A DNA stretch of 64,000 bases, taken from contig JACRNP010000030.1 of NCBI GenBank assembly GCA_016234845.1, positions 1-64,000 of the forward strand. The letters run 5' to 3'. The notes beneath the pieces are model-generated. The model searched no databases. It was not told the DNA's origin and saw only the letters and a program-made list of their open reading frames with translations. Of this stretch, positions 21,913 to 32,074 are shown piece by piece. The DNA is from Deltaproteobacteria bacterium. GTDB taxonomy: Bacteria > Desulfobacterota > Deferrimicrobia > Deferrimicrobiales > Deferrimicrobiaceae. Made by a program: the position numbers and the translations under genes. Position 1 is the stretch's first letter. Each line of letters begins with the position of its first letter.

Positions 21913-24194
21913 CCGCCCGCCGGATCGCCGCGACGCTGCTTGCGGGAATCCTGTGGGCGTCGCTCCTTGCCGCTCCGATTCGCGCGGAGGGATTTCGCGT
22001 CTCCGCCATCGAGGTCCGGGGGGCGAAGCGGGTGTCCCCCGACGCGGTCCTCAAGGCGATGACGACCCGGGCCGGCCAGGAGCTCGATTTCGCCAGGGTG
22101 CGGGAGGACGTCAAGGCGATCTACCGCCTGGGGTATTTCCGGGACGTGACGTTCGACGCCGAGGAGGTACCGGGGGGGTACCGGCTGACCGTAGTGGTGT
22201 CCGAGAAGCCGATCGTGGGCTCGATCGCCATCGAAGGGAACAAGGACGTCGAAACGACCGACCTTCGAGCCGCCGTCACGGTGAAGGAACGGTCCCTCTT
22301 CCAGGAGGAAAAGGTAAAGGAATCCGTCAAGAAATTACAGGAACTGTGCCAAAACAAAGGGTTTGTGGATTCTGTCGTTGAGGCTGCCGTGTCGGAGGAC
22401 GCCGAGGGGGCGCTCCGGGTTACGTTCCGGGTGACGGAAGGGCCGAAGCTGAAGATCGAGAAGATCGTTGTGACGGGCAGCCTCTTCTTCTCCCCGAAGC
22501 AGATCCGCAAGCAGATGGACACCTCCGAGAAGGGGTTCTTCTCCTTCATCACCGATTCCGGGACGTTCAAGAAGGACGTCCTGGAGAACGACATCCGGAA
22601 GATCGAGGCGCTCTATCAGAACAACGGGTTCCTCGAATCCAAGGTGTTCGACCCGGAGATCGCCCGGGGCGGGAAGGGACTGCTCCTCACCATCCGGGTG
22701 TTCGAGGGGAAGCAGTTCCGGATCGGCGAGATCCGGTTCGCCGGCGAATCGGGCATGACCGAGGAGAGGCTTCGTTCCTCCGTGAAGCTTTCGACCGGCG
22801 AGCTTTTCAACCGCGAAAAGCTCCTCTCCGACCTGCTCGCGTTGACCACGCTCGTGAACGACGAGGGGTACGCCCAGGCGCTGGTCTCCCCGGGGGTGGA
22901 GAAGCGGAAGGAGTACCCGGTCGCCGACGTCACCTACCGGTTCGAGCGGGGAGGGAAATTCCGGTTCGGCAAGGTGGAGGTCACCGGGAACACCAAGACC
23001 CTCGACCGCGTCGTCCGCCGGAACCTGGAGGTGTCCGACGGGCAGACGTACACCGCCACGGGCCTGAAGGAGAGCAAGGAGAACCTGACGCGGAGCTCCT
23101 ACTTCAAGGACGTGAAGATCAGCACGGCTCCGTCCGCGACTCCGGGCCTGATGGACGTGAAGGTCGACGTGCAGGAAGGGCCCACGGGCACCCTGTCGGG
23201 CGGGCTCGGATACAGCTCGCTCGACAAGATCTTCGGGGTGGTGCAGCTGACCGAGAACAACCTGTTCGGCCGCGGCTGGAAGGCGTCGCTCAACTCTCAG
23301 TTCGGCGCGCGCCGCACGACCTTCTCACTCGATTTCCGCGATCCGCACTTCCTCGACACCGACTTCTCGCTGCTGCTCTCCGCGTACAAGACGAAGGTGC
23401 GGTACAACGATTTCGAGAAGGACTCCCAGGGGGGAAGGGCCGGCATCGGGTACAACATCAGCCGCTTCACCAACGCGAGCATGAGCTTCCGGAGCGACTC
23501 CACGCGGATCCTGGGGATCTCCGGAACGGTGCCGACCCGGACGGTGGAGGACGAGATCGTGAAGGGGCTGCAGCGGACGCGGAGCGTGGCCTTCAACGTG
23601 ACCCGGAACAGCACCGACCGGTACATCGATCCCTCGAAGGGATCCCTGCAGGCCGCCACCCTGGAATACGCGGGCGGGCCGATGGGCGGGGACAGCGAGT
23701 TCGTGAAATATTTCCTGAACTCGAAGGCGTTCCACCCGGTCACCGCCTCCACGGTCTTCTCCTGGAACCTGCTGTGGGGGCACGTGATCCCCATGTACGG
23801 CGGCTGGGCCGGAGGAGAAGTGCCCCTGTTCGAACGGTTCTTCCTCGGAGGCCCCTACAGCGTCCGCGGCTTCCGCTCCCGGTCCCTCTCCCCGAAGGAC
23901 CGGAACACGGGGGAGCTGGTCGGAGGGAACAAGGAACTGATCATGAACCTGGAGTACCAGTTCCCGCTCGTCTCCGAGATCGGGTTCAAGGGCGTGCTGT
24001 TCGCCGACGCCGGGAACTCCTGGGTGCAGGGCGCGTGGCCCGCGAACGACGAGGGGCTGTGGATCGGGTACGGATTCGGCGTCCGGTGGTACTCCCCGAT
24101 GGGGCCGCTCCGGTTCGAGTGGGGCTGGAACCTGAACCGGCCGGCCGGGGAGCCGAAACGGGTGATGGAGTTCACGATCGGAACGGCATTTTAA
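21909..24194 (+). CDS. bamA: Outer membrane protein assembly factor BamA (Omp85)
   Basis: 761 aa; POTRA repeats then beta-barrel ending ...RFEWGWNL...FTIGTAF; GTG overlaps lolD stop. Confidence 0.93.
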   Translation: MTARRIAATLLAGILWASLLAAPIRAEGFRVSAIEVRGAKRVSPDAVLKAMTTRAGQELDFARVREDVKAIYRLGYFRDVTFDAEEVPGGYRLTVVVSEKPIVGSIAIEGNKDVETTDLRAAVTVKERSLFQEEKVKESVKKLQELCQNKGFVDSVVEAAVSEDAEGALRVTFRVTEGPKLKIEKIVVTGSLFFSPKQIRKQMDTSEKGFFSFITDSGTFKKDVLENDIRKIEALYQNNGFLESKVFDPEIARGGKGLLLTIRVFEGKQFRIGEIRFAGESGMTEERLRSSVKLSTGELFNREKLLSDLLALTTLVNDEGYAQALVSPGVEKRKEYPVADVTYRFERGGKFRFGKVEVTGNTKTLDRVVRRNLEVSDGQTYTATGLKESKENLTRSSYFKDVKISTAPSATPGLMDVKVDVQEGPTGTLSGGLGYSSLDKIFGVVQLTENNLFGRGWKASLNSQFGARRTTFSLDFRDPHFLDTDFSLLLSAYKTKVRYNDFEKDSQGGRAGIGYNISRFTNASMSFRSDSTRILGISGTVPTRTVEDEIVKGLQRTRSVAFNVTRNSTDRYIDPSKGSLQAATLEYAGGPMGGDSEFVKYFLNSKAFHPVTASTVFSWNLLWGHVIPMYGGWAGGEVPLFERFFLGGPYSVRGFRSRSLSPKDRNTGELVGGNKELIMNLEYQFPLVSEIGFKGVLFADAGNSWVQGAWPANDEGLWIGYGFGVRWYSPMGPLRFEWGWNLNRPAGEPKRVMEFTIGTAF

Positions 24195-24229
24195 GGGGCG
24201 AAAATACGGTGGTCCAAGGAGCGGGTGCG

Positions 24230-24784
24230 ATGCGGAAAACGGCGATTCCGGTGGTGCTGGCGCTGGCGGTGCTGTTCGCGGGAACGACCTTCGCGGAGGG
24301 GCTTCGCGTGGCGGTCATCGACGTGAACAGGATCCTGAACGAGTCGGAGGCCGGCCTTGCGGCGAAGAAGAAGATGGAGGCGCGCTACGAGGAGCTGAAG
24401 AAGAATCTCGAGGCCCGGCAGGACGAGGCGCGCAAGCTGAAGGACGAGCTCGACAAGCAGAAGGTGATGCTGGGGAAGGAGAAGCTGAAGGAGAAGGAGG
24501 ACGCGCTCCAGGCCAAGGTGAACGAGCTTCGGCAGCTGACCCAGGAAGGGGAGCGGGAGATGCAGGCGCGCCAGGGGGAGCTGACCCGGGACGTGCTGAA
24601 GCGGATCGAGGTGCAGGTCGACGCCGTGGTGAAGGCCGACAAGCTGGACCTCGTGCTGGAGCGGTCCAGCGGGGTGGTCCACTTCAACGATTCGATGGAC
24701 ATCACCGCCAAGGTCCTTGAGCTGGTGAACCGGAGCGACAAGGCGGCGGGGGCGAAAAAGGAGGGGGGCGGTGCCAAAAAGTAG
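24230..24784 (+). CDS. skp: Periplasmic chaperone Skp (OmpH)
   Basis: Signal peptide MRKTAIPVVLALAVLFAGTTFA plus K/E-rich coiled-coil; bamA-skp-lpxD order. Confidence 0.88.
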   Translation: MRKTAIPVVLALAVLFAGTTFAEGLRVAVIDVNRILNESEAGLAAKKKMEARYEELKKNLEARQDEARKLKDELDKQKVMLGKEKLKEKEDALQAKVNELRQLTQEGEREMQARQGELTRDVLKRIEVQVDAVVKADKLDLVLERSSGVVHFNDSMDITAKVLELVNRSDKAAGAKKEGGGAKK

Positions 24785-25587
24785 CCTTCCGCTCTCCGAG
24801 CTGGCCGCCCGGATCGGCGCGGTCCTGCGGGGGCCGGACTCCCCGGTGCGCGGGATCGCTCCGCTCGAGGAGGCGGGGCCGGGCCAGGTCGCGTTCCTGT
24901 CCAATCCCCGGTACGTCCGGCTGGCGCGGGAGACGAAGGCGTCCGCCCTGATCGTCCGGGAGCCGCTGGCCGGCGCCGCGTGCGCATTCCTCCTGTCTCC
25001 CAATCCGTACGATTCGTTCGCGCGCGCCCTGGAGATCTTCCACCCGCCGGTCCGCCCCGCGTCGGGCATCTCCCCGCAGGCGTGCGTCGACCCCGGGGCG
25101 TCCATCGGAAAGGACGTTTCCATCGGCCCGTTCGCCGTCGTCGAGAAGGGGGCGACGGTGGGAGACCGGACCTCCCTGTACGCGGGGGTATACGTCGGCA
25201 CGGGGGCCGCCGTCGGCGACGATTGCGTTCTGTACCCCCGCGTGACCCTGTACGAGGGGGTCCGCGTCGGGAACCGGGCGATCCTGCACGCCGGGTGCGT
25301 GATCGGCAGCGACGGGTTCGGCTTCGCGCCGTCCTCGAAGGGGTTCCGCAAGATCCCGCAGGGCGGGATTCGCGGGGCACATCGAGGTCGGCGACGGCGT
25401 GATGGTGGGGGCGCAGTCGGGGATCGCCGGGTCCGTCGACGCGTCGGAAACCCCGGCGTGGTCGGGGACCCCCGCGATGCCGCACAGGACCTGGCTGAAG
25501 ATGTCGGCGCTGCTGCCGAAGCTCCCGGAGCTGTTCCGCCGGGTGAGAAAGCTGGAAGAGAGAGAATCCGTGAAGGAGGAGGAGTGA
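24771..25587 (+). pseudogene. lpxD: UDP-3-O-acylglucosamine N-acyltransferase LpxD, internally deleted (~70 residues of the left-handed beta-helix missing) with frameshift; N-part in frame 0 (24771..~25375), C-part in +1 frame (..25587)
   Basis: Frame 0: ...HAGCVIGSDGFGFAPSSKGFRKIPQGGIRG then nonsense. +1 frame: GHIEVGDGVMVGAQSGIAGSVDASETPAWSG...LPELFRRVRKLEE (LpxD C-terminus). Total ~272 aa vs ~340 expected. Confidence 0.6.
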
Positions 25588-25588
25588 G

Positions 25589-26047
25589 GTGCTATCCGTC
25601 CAGGAGATCATGGAGCTGTTGCCGCACCGGTACCCGTTTCTCCTCGTGGACCGCATCGTCGAGGAGGAGCCCGGAAAACGGATCGTCGGGATCAAGAACG
25701 TGACGATCAACGAGGCGTTCTTCCAGGGACACTTCCCGGGGCACCCGATCATGCCCGGCGTCCTGGTGATCGAGGCGATCGCGCAGGCCGGCGGGATCCT
25801 CGCCCTCCGCGCGCTCGGGGGGAAGAAGCGGATCGCCTACTTCGCGGGGATCGACGGCTGCAAGTTCCGCCGTCCCGTGGTCCCCGGCGACCAGCTCCGG
25901 CTGGAAGTCACCGTCCTCGCCCACCGGGGCCCCGTGTGGAAGATGCACGGGGAAGCGACGGTCGACGGCGTCCTCGCGGCGAAGGGGGACGTGACCGCCA
26001 CCATCCCCGACGGGGTGGAGGTGCAGGAGCCGGGAGCGTCGATATGA
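25589..26047 (+). CDS. fabZ: 3-hydroxyacyl-[ACP] dehydratase FabZ
   Basis: LLPHRYPFLLVDRI...NEAFFQGHFPGHPIMPGVLVIEA hot-dog motifs. Confidence 0.93.
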   Translation: MLSVQEIMELLPHRYPFLLVDRIVEEEPGKRIVGIKNVTINEAFFQGHFPGHPIMPGVLVIEAIAQAGGILALRALGGKKRIAYFAGIDGCKFRRPVVPGDQLRLEVTVLAHRGPVWKMHGEATVDGVLAAKGDVTATIPDGVEVQEPGASI

Positions 26048-26826
26048 TCCATCCGACCGCCATCATCGACCCGGGAGCGGAGCTCGGGGTGGACGTGACG
26101 GTGGGGCCGTACGCCGTCATCGGCCCCCGGGTGACCATCGGGGACGGCAGCAGCGTCGGTTCCCACGCGGTCATCGAATCCCACGTCCGGATGGGGAAGG
26201 GGAACCGGATCCACTCCTTCGCCTCCGTGGGCGCGATCCCGCAGGACCTGAAGTACAAGGGCGAGGAGACGTGGGTGGAGATGGGCGACGGGAACATCGT
26301 CCGGGAATTCGCCACGGTCAACCGCGGGACGGCCGGAGGCGGGGGGGTGACCCGCATCGGGAGCAACACGCTGGTGATGGCGTACTGCCACCTCGCGCAC
26401 GACTGCATCGTGGGGAGCCGGGTGATCATGGCCAACGCCGCCACCCTGGCGGGCCACGTCACGGTGGAGGACGGAGCGATCGTCGGCGGATTGACCGCCG
26501 TCCACCAGTTCGTCCGGATCGGGAAGCACTGCATCATCGGGGGCCTCTCCGGGGTGGCGCAGGACGTCCCGCCGTACGTCACGGCGGTGGTGTCGAGACC
26601 CCAGCGCGGGTTCGCCCTGTACGGACTGAACCTGATCGGCCTCCGGCGGAACCGGTTCTCCGCGGAGACGATCGCGGCGCTGAAGGCCGCGTTCAAGCTG
26701 ATCTTCCGCGCGGAAGTGCCGATGAAGGAGGCGCTCGAACGCGCGGAGGCGGAGCTGCCGCCGCTGCCGGAGGTGAAGTACCTGATCGAATTCGTCCGGT
26801 CCAGCAAGCGGGGGGTGCTGCGGTAG
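26044..26826 (+). CDS. lpxA: Acyl-[ACP]--UDP-N-acetylglucosamine O-acyltransferase LpxA
   Basis: MIHPTAIIDPGAELG... hexapeptide repeats; ATGA overlap with fabZ. Confidence 0.93.
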   Translation: MIHPTAIIDPGAELGVDVTVGPYAVIGPRVTIGDGSSVGSHAVIESHVRMGKGNRIHSFASVGAIPQDLKYKGEETWVEMGDGNIVREFATVNRGTAGGGGVTRIGSNTLVMAYCHLAHDCIVGSRVIMANAATLAGHVTVEDGAIVGGLTAVHQFVRIGKHCIIGGLSGVAQDVPPYVTAVVSRPQRGFALYGLNLIGLRRNRFSAETIAALKAAFKLIFRAEVPMKEALERAEAELPPLPEVKYLIEFVRSSKRGVLR

Positions 26827-26837
26827 CGGGCGTGTCC

Positions 26838-27992
26838 ATGAAACCGGGCCAGAAGACCCTGTTCCTCCTCTGCGGGGAGCCGTCGGGGGAAGCGTACGCC
26901 GCCCGGGTGGCCCGGGAGTTCCGGCGCCGCCACCCCGGCGCGCCGATGGAGGGGATCGGCGGGGCGCGGCTCGCGGACGAGGGGGTGAAGCTCCTCCTGG
27001 ACTACGGCGGGATCTCGGTCGTCGGGGTGACGGAGGTCCTCACGCACCTCCCGGCGATCCGCTCCGCCCTCGCGGCCGCGACGGACCGCGTCCTGCGCCC
27101 GGACATCGGCGCCGTGGTGCTGGTGGATTACCCGGATTTCAATTTCCGGGTCGGACTTTCGGCGTGGAGGCGCGGCGTTCCCGTGATCTATTACATACCG
27201 CCGCAGGTGTGGGCCTGGCGCACGGGTCGCGCGAAGACCCTGGCGAAGTTCACGCGAGGGGCGGTCGTACTGTTCCCGTTCGAGGAGACCCTGTTGCGAA
27301 AGTTCGGCGTCAACGCGGTGTTCGCCGGCCACCCGCTCCTGGAGGAGCTTGCGCCGTTCCTCGACGCGGACCCCGATCCGGCGCGTTTCGGCCTGCCGGA
27401 GGGGAAGACGGTCGTGGGGCTGCTCCCGGGGAGCCGTCCCGGGGAGATCGAGGCGCACCTCCCGGTCCTCCTGTCCGCGGCGGAGGAGGTCGCACGGGAG
27501 CATCCGGATGTCCACTTCGCGCTGCCGGTGGCGCGCCCCGCGCTGCGGGAGCGGATCGCGCGCCGGCTGTCCGGAACTTCCCTTCCGCTGACCGTGGTGG
27601 ACGAGGGGAGACACCTGCTGTTCCGCGGAATGACCGCGGCGATGGCGGTGTCCGGAACGGTCACCCTCGAGCTCGCCCTGCTGGGGGTCCCGTCGGTCAT
27701 CGTCTATCGCACCTCCTGGGTGACCTACCAGATCGGCCGGCGCCTGGCGAAGGTCCAAAACGTCGGGTTGCCGAACATCGTCGCGGGGGAGCGGTTCCTC
27801 CCCGAGCTCATCCAGGACGACTGCACCGCGGGCCGGATCGCCGCGGCGCTGGGAGGAATGCTCTCCGACGGGCCGCGGCGTCTCGGGCTTCGCGCGCGGT
27901 GCCTCTCCCTGCGGGACCGGCTGCGCGGCCCGGGCCCCACGGGGGCCGTCGTGGACATGCTGGACCGGGAGGCGGCGGGCGCGTGGGCGTGA
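26838..27992 (+). CDS. lpxB: Lipid-A-disaccharide synthase LpxB
   Basis: MKPGQKTLFLLCGEPSGEAYAARV...IYYIPPQVWAWR; 384 aa. Confidence 0.9.
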   Translation: MKPGQKTLFLLCGEPSGEAYAARVAREFRRRHPGAPMEGIGGARLADEGVKLLLDYGGISVVGVTEVLTHLPAIRSALAAATDRVLRPDIGAVVLVDYPDFNFRVGLSAWRRGVPVIYYIPPQVWAWRTGRAKTLAKFTRGAVVLFPFEETLLRKFGVNAVFAGHPLLEELAPFLDADPDPARFGLPEGKTVVGLLPGSRPGEIEAHLPVLLSAAEEVAREHPDVHFALPVARPALRERIARRLSGTSLPLTVVDEGRHLLFRGMTAAMAVSGTVTLELALLGVPSVIVYRTSWVTYQIGRRLAKVQNVGLPNIVAGERFLPELIQDDCTAGRIAAALGGMLSDGPRRLGLRARCLSLRDRLRGPGPTGAVVDMLDREAAGAWA

Positions 27993-29749
27993 CCCTCTAC
28001 AAGCGGATGCTGGGGTACGTTCGTCCGTACGTCTCCCGGCTGCTGCTCGCGATGCTGCTGATGGTCGGCGTGTCGGCCCTGAGCGGATCCACGGCGTTCC
28101 TCGTCAAGCCGATCCTCGACGACATCTTCATCCGCAAGGACGCGACGCGGCTCACCTACATCCCGCTGCTGGTGCTGGCGATCTACCTCTCCCGCGGGTT
28201 CCTCGAATTCGCCCAGGCGTACCTGATGAGCGGGGCGGGGCAGCGGGTGGTTCGCGACATCCGGGACCACCTGTACCGGCACATGCAGTCGCTGTCGCTG
28301 TCGTTCTACCTGAAGAACTCCACCGGCGTGCTCATGTCGCGGGTCCTGAACGACGTCGCCCTCATGCAGAGCGCGATCACCGACGCCGCCACCGGACTCA
28401 TCAAGGACATCTTCACGGCCGCTTTCCTCGTCTTCGTCATCTTCTACCGCGACTGGCGGCTGGCGCTGGTCGCGCTGGTGGCGTTCCCGCTCGCGTTCTG
28501 GCCCATCGCCCGCTTCGGCCGCAGGCTGCGCAGGACCAGCACGCAGGCGCAGGAGATCACCGGGGGGCTTACGTCCCACCTGCAGGAAACGATCAGCGGC
28601 GCGAAGCTCGTGAAGTCGTTCGGCGCCGAGGGGTACGAGGTCGAGCGGTTCGCCACCCGCAACCAGGAGCTGTTCCGCCTCAGCATGAAGGTGGTGAAGG
28701 TGCAGGCGATGACCTCGCCGCTCTCCGAGACGTTCGCCGGCGTCGGGGCGGCGGCGGTGATCTATTACGGCGGGTACAGCGTCGTCTCGGGCCACAGCAC
28801 GCCGGGCAACTTCTTCTCCTTCATGACCGCGCTCTTCATGCTGTACGAGCCGGTCAAGCGTCTTTCGCGCATCAACAACGTCGTGCAGCAGGGGATCGCC
28901 GCGGGAACCCGCGTGTTCGAGGTGATCGACACGCTTCCGGAAGTCCGCGAGAAGGAGGACGCGGTCGAGCTGCCGCCGATCCGGGACGGGATCGAATTCT
29001 CGCACGTGGACTTCCGGTACGCGGAGGAGGGCGATCCGGTCCTCACGGACGTCGATTTCCGCGTCCCCGCGGGGACGATGGTCGCCATCGTCGGTTCGAG
29101 CGGCGCCGGGAAGACGACCCTGGTCGACCTCATTCCCCGATTCTACGATCCGAAGGCCGGTTCCATCCGGGTCGACGGGGTCGACATCCGGGACGCGACC
29201 GTTTCGTCCCTGCGCGCCCAGATCGCGGTCGTCAGCCAGCACACGATCCTGTTCAACGACACCGTGCGGAACAACATCGCCTACGGGATCCCCGACGCCC
29301 CGATGGAAAGGGTGGCGGAGGCGGCGCGCCGCGCGAACGCCCACGCGTTCGTCGAGCGGATGCCGGAGGGATACGAGACCGTGGTCGGAGAGCAGGGACT
29401 TCGCCTTTCCGGCGGCGAGCGGCAGCGCCTGGCGATCGCCCGCGCCCTCCTGAAGGACGCTCCGATCCTCATCCTCGACGAGGCGACCTCCGCGCTCGAC
29501 TCGGAGTCCGAACGCGTGGTCCAGGACGCCCTCGACACGCTGATGCGCGGGCGCACCACGTTCGTCATCGCCCACCGCCTCTCCACCGTGCGCAACGCCG
29601 ACGTGATCCTGGTGATCGAGGGGGGGAGGATCGTGGAGCGGGGGAGGCACGACGAACTGCTCGCGACGGAGTCGCGGTACCGCGCCTTCTACCACAAGCA
29701 GTTCGAGGAGAGAAGGAACGATCCGGCCACCGCGTCCGGGAAAGGGTGA
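27989..29749 (+). CDS. msbA: Lipid A export ATP-binding/permease MsbA
   Basis: 6-TM exporter domain plus NBD (GSSGAGKTT, LSGGERQR, ILILDEATSALD); GTGA overlap with lpxB. Confidence 0.9.
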   Translation: MTLYKRMLGYVRPYVSRLLLAMLLMVGVSALSGSTAFLVKPILDDIFIRKDATRLTYIPLLVLAIYLSRGFLEFAQAYLMSGAGQRVVRDIRDHLYRHMQSLSLSFYLKNSTGVLMSRVLNDVALMQSAITDAATGLIKDIFTAAFLVFVIFYRDWRLALVALVAFPLAFWPIARFGRRLRRTSTQAQEITGGLTSHLQETISGAKLVKSFGAEGYEVERFATRNQELFRLSMKVVKVQAMTSPLSETFAGVGAAAVIYYGGYSVVSGHSTPGNFFSFMTALFMLYEPVKRLSRINNVVQQGIAAGTRVFEVIDTLPEVREKEDAVELPPIRDGIEFSHVDFRYAEEGDPVLTDVDFRVPAGTMVAIVGSSGAGKTTLVDLIPRFYDPKAGSIRVDGVDIRDATVSSLRAQIAVVSQHTILFNDTVRNNIAYGIPDAPMERVAEAARRANAHAFVERMPEGYETVVGEQGLRLSGGERQRLAIARALLKDAPILILDEATSALDSESERVVQDALDTLMRGRTTFVIAHRLSTVRNADVILVIEGGRIVERGRHDELLATESRYRAFYHKQFEERRNDPATASGKG

Positions 29750-29753
29750 CCGG

Positions 29754-31088
29754 TTGGCCCGCCCGTTTCTCCCCGGGTGCCCCGGGCACGTCCTCTACAA
29801 CGCCGCCGTCGCGGTGGTCCTGACGGCGGGGGTCCCCCTGTGGCTCCCGTGGCTTCTCGTCTCGCGGAAACGACGCGTCAACTTCCCGGAACGGCTGGGG
29901 ATTCGCGGCGTGCCGGACGCCCGTCCGCGGGATGCCCGCCCCGCGGTCTGGGTGCACGCCGTCTCGGTGGGGGAGACGCTCGCGTCGGTTCCCCTGCTGC
30001 GGGAACTGCGGAGGGTCGTCCCCGATGCGCGGATCGCGCTCTCGAACGTGACGGTCACCGGGCGGGATACGGCGGAGAAGGCGCTTTCGGACGTCGTCGA
30101 CCAGAGGTTCTACTTCCCGTTCGACCTGCCCGGCCTCTGCGGAAAGTTCCTGGACCGCCTCCGGCCGGACGCGGTCGTCATCGTGGAAACGGAGATCTGG
30201 CCCAACTTCCTCGCGGAGTGCGCGCGGCGGGGAGTCCCCGTGGTGATCGTCAACGGTCGCCTCTCCGAACGCTCCTTCCGCGGGTACCTGCGTCTCCGCC
30301 GGTTTTTCGCGCCGGTGCTGCGCACGGTCCGGACGATCTCCGCCCAGTCGCGGGAAGACGCCGACCGGTTCATCGCCCTCGGCGCGCTGGAAGGGGCGGT
30401 GGAGGTAGGCGGAAATCTCAAGTTCGACGTTTCCCCGCCCCGGGGAGCGGCATCCACCCTTTCCGTGCTGCTCCAGTCGGAGAGGCGTTCCGGCACCCGC
30501 TGGATCGTCGCGGGATCCACGCACGAGGGGGAGGAGGCGGCGGTCCTCCGGTCATACCTCTCGGCGCGCGAGGCGAATCCCTCCCTCAAGCTCCTGCTGG
30601 CTCCCCGCCATCCCGAACGGTTCGAGCCGGTTTTCGCCCTGGCCCGCCAGGCCGGCGTGCGCGTCGCGCGCCGGACGGAGATCGCGGAAGGGGATACCGC
30701 GCTGGACGCGGAGGTGCTGCTGCTGGACACGGTGGGAGAACTCTCCAGCGCCTACGCGGCGGCGGGACTCGCGTTCGTCGGGGGGAGCCTCGTCCCGAAA
30801 GGCGGCCACAACGTGCTGGAGCCCGCGTGGCACGGGATCCCTACGGTGGTGGGGCCGCACATGGAGAATTTCCGGGAGATCGCGGCGGCGTTCCTGGCGG
30901 CAGGCGCACTGGTCCAGGTCCCGGACGAGGACGGCTTCGCCGCCGTCGTGGTCCGGTTCGCCTCCAATCCGTCCTCCTTCGAAGGTGTCGGGCGGAGAGG
31001 CCGCGAGCTTCTCGAGTCGTTCCGCGGCGCCACGGAGAAGAACGCGGCGGCGGTCCTCTCCGCGATCGGACGCGGGGGGCGAACGTGA
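29754..31088 (+). CDS. waaA: 3-deoxy-D-manno-octulosonic acid transferase (Kdo transferase)
   Basis: 444 aa; WVHAVSVGE...EIWPNF... typical KdtA. Confidence 0.88.
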   Translation: MARPFLPGCPGHVLYNAAVAVVLTAGVPLWLPWLLVSRKRRVNFPERLGIRGVPDARPRDARPAVWVHAVSVGETLASVPLLRELRRVVPDARIALSNVTVTGRDTAEKALSDVVDQRFYFPFDLPGLCGKFLDRLRPDAVVIVETEIWPNFLAECARRGVPVVIVNGRLSERSFRGYLRLRRFFAPVLRTVRTISAQSREDADRFIALGALEGAVEVGGNLKFDVSPPRGAASTLSVLLQSERRSGTRWIVAGSTHEGEEAAVLRSYLSAREANPSLKLLLAPRHPERFEPVFALARQAGVRVARRTEIAEGDTALDAEVLLLDTVGELSSAYAAAGLAFVGGSLVPKGGHNVLEPAWHGIPTVVGPHMENFREIAAAFLAAGALVQVPDEDGFAAVVVRFASNPSSFEGVGRRGRELLESFRGATEKNAAAVLSAIGRGGRT

Positions 31089-32074
31089 TCTTCGGCGCGG
31101 CGGCGCGCGTGCGAAGGAGGCTGTATTCCAGCGGATTCCTGCGTGGGGAGCGTCTTCCCCGCCCCGTGGTGAGCGTCGGGAACCTCTCCCTGGGAGGCGC
31201 GGGGAAGACCCCGCACGTGATCCACCTCGCGAGGTGGCTCACGGAAAGGGGACGCCGCGTCGCGATCCTTTCGCGGGGATACGGTAGGGCGACGCGGGGC
31301 GTTCGCTGGGTGTCGGACGGAGAGGGAAGGATCGGCGGATCGGCCGAATGCGGCGACGAACCGGTGCTGATGGCGCGGAGGCTCCCGGGGATCCCCGTCG
31401 CGGTCGGCGAATCGCGCGCGGCGGCCGGACGGGAGATCCTCGCCCGGCGGCCCGTGGATGTATTTCTCCTCGACGACGGGTTCCAGCACCTGCCGCTCCA
31501 AAGGGATTTCGACCTGCTGCTCGTCGATTGCCCGCGGGGGATTCGAGGCCATGGGACGGCGCCGTTCGGGCCGCTCCGGGAACCCCCGAGCCACGCGCGG
31601 TTCGCGGACGGGCTCGTCGTGACGAAGTGCCCGGACGCCGCGGCGGGAGAGGCGGTCGCCCGATCGGTGCCGGTTCGGGCCGGCTGCCCGTCGGCGACGT
31701 CGCGGTTCACGCCGGGGGAGATCGTCGGAGCGGCCGGCCGGGAGATTCCGGATTTTCCGCCGGGCGCCGAACTGTTCGGGTTCTCCGGCCTGGCGCGCAA
31801 CGGGCAGTTCCGCGAAACCCTTGCGGCCGCCGGATTCCGGGTCCGCGGGTTCATCGGATTTCCCGATCATCACGCCTACGGGCACCGGGACCTTGCGCGG
31901 ATCGCCCGGGAGTCCGCCGGGCTCCCGGTCCTCACCACGGAGAAGGACGCGGTCCGCCTCCCCGCGGACGTCCCGTTCCCGGTCGGCGCCCTGCGGGTGG
32001 AGGTCGAGTACCTTTCCGGATGGGAAGGGCTTTCGTGCGCGATCCTCGATCGGGTCGAAGGGGGCGGAGCGTGA
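31085..32074 (+). CDS. lpxK: Tetraacyldisaccharide 4'-kinase LpxK
   Basis: P-loop VVSVGNLSLGGAGKTP; ...DDGFQH...; GTGA overlap with waaA. Confidence 0.9.
   Translation: MIFGAAARVRRRLYSSGFLRGERLPRPVVSVGNLSLGGAGKTPHVIHLARWLTERGRRVAILSRGYGRATRGVRWVSDGEGRIGGSAECGDEPVLMARRLPGIPVAVGESRAAAGREILARRPVDVFLLDDGFQHLPLQRDFDLLLVDCPRGIRGHGTAPFGPLREPPSHARFADGLVVTKCPDAAAGEAVARSVPVRAGCPSATSRFTPGEIVGAAGREIPDFPPGAELFGFSGLARNGQFRETLAAAGFRVRGFIGFPDHHAYGHRDLARIARESAGLPVLTTEKDAVRLPADVPFPVGALRVEVEYLSGWEGLSCAILDRVEGGGA

Noticed and set aside
24191-25752. Minus-strand ORFs (386 and 455 aa) antisense to skp/lpxD, which might tempt explaining the lpxD gap as an inserted gene.
   Set aside because: Their translations are Arg/Pro/Gly-rich noise. 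The lpxD discontinuity is a deletion (residues missing), not an insertion carrying a gene.
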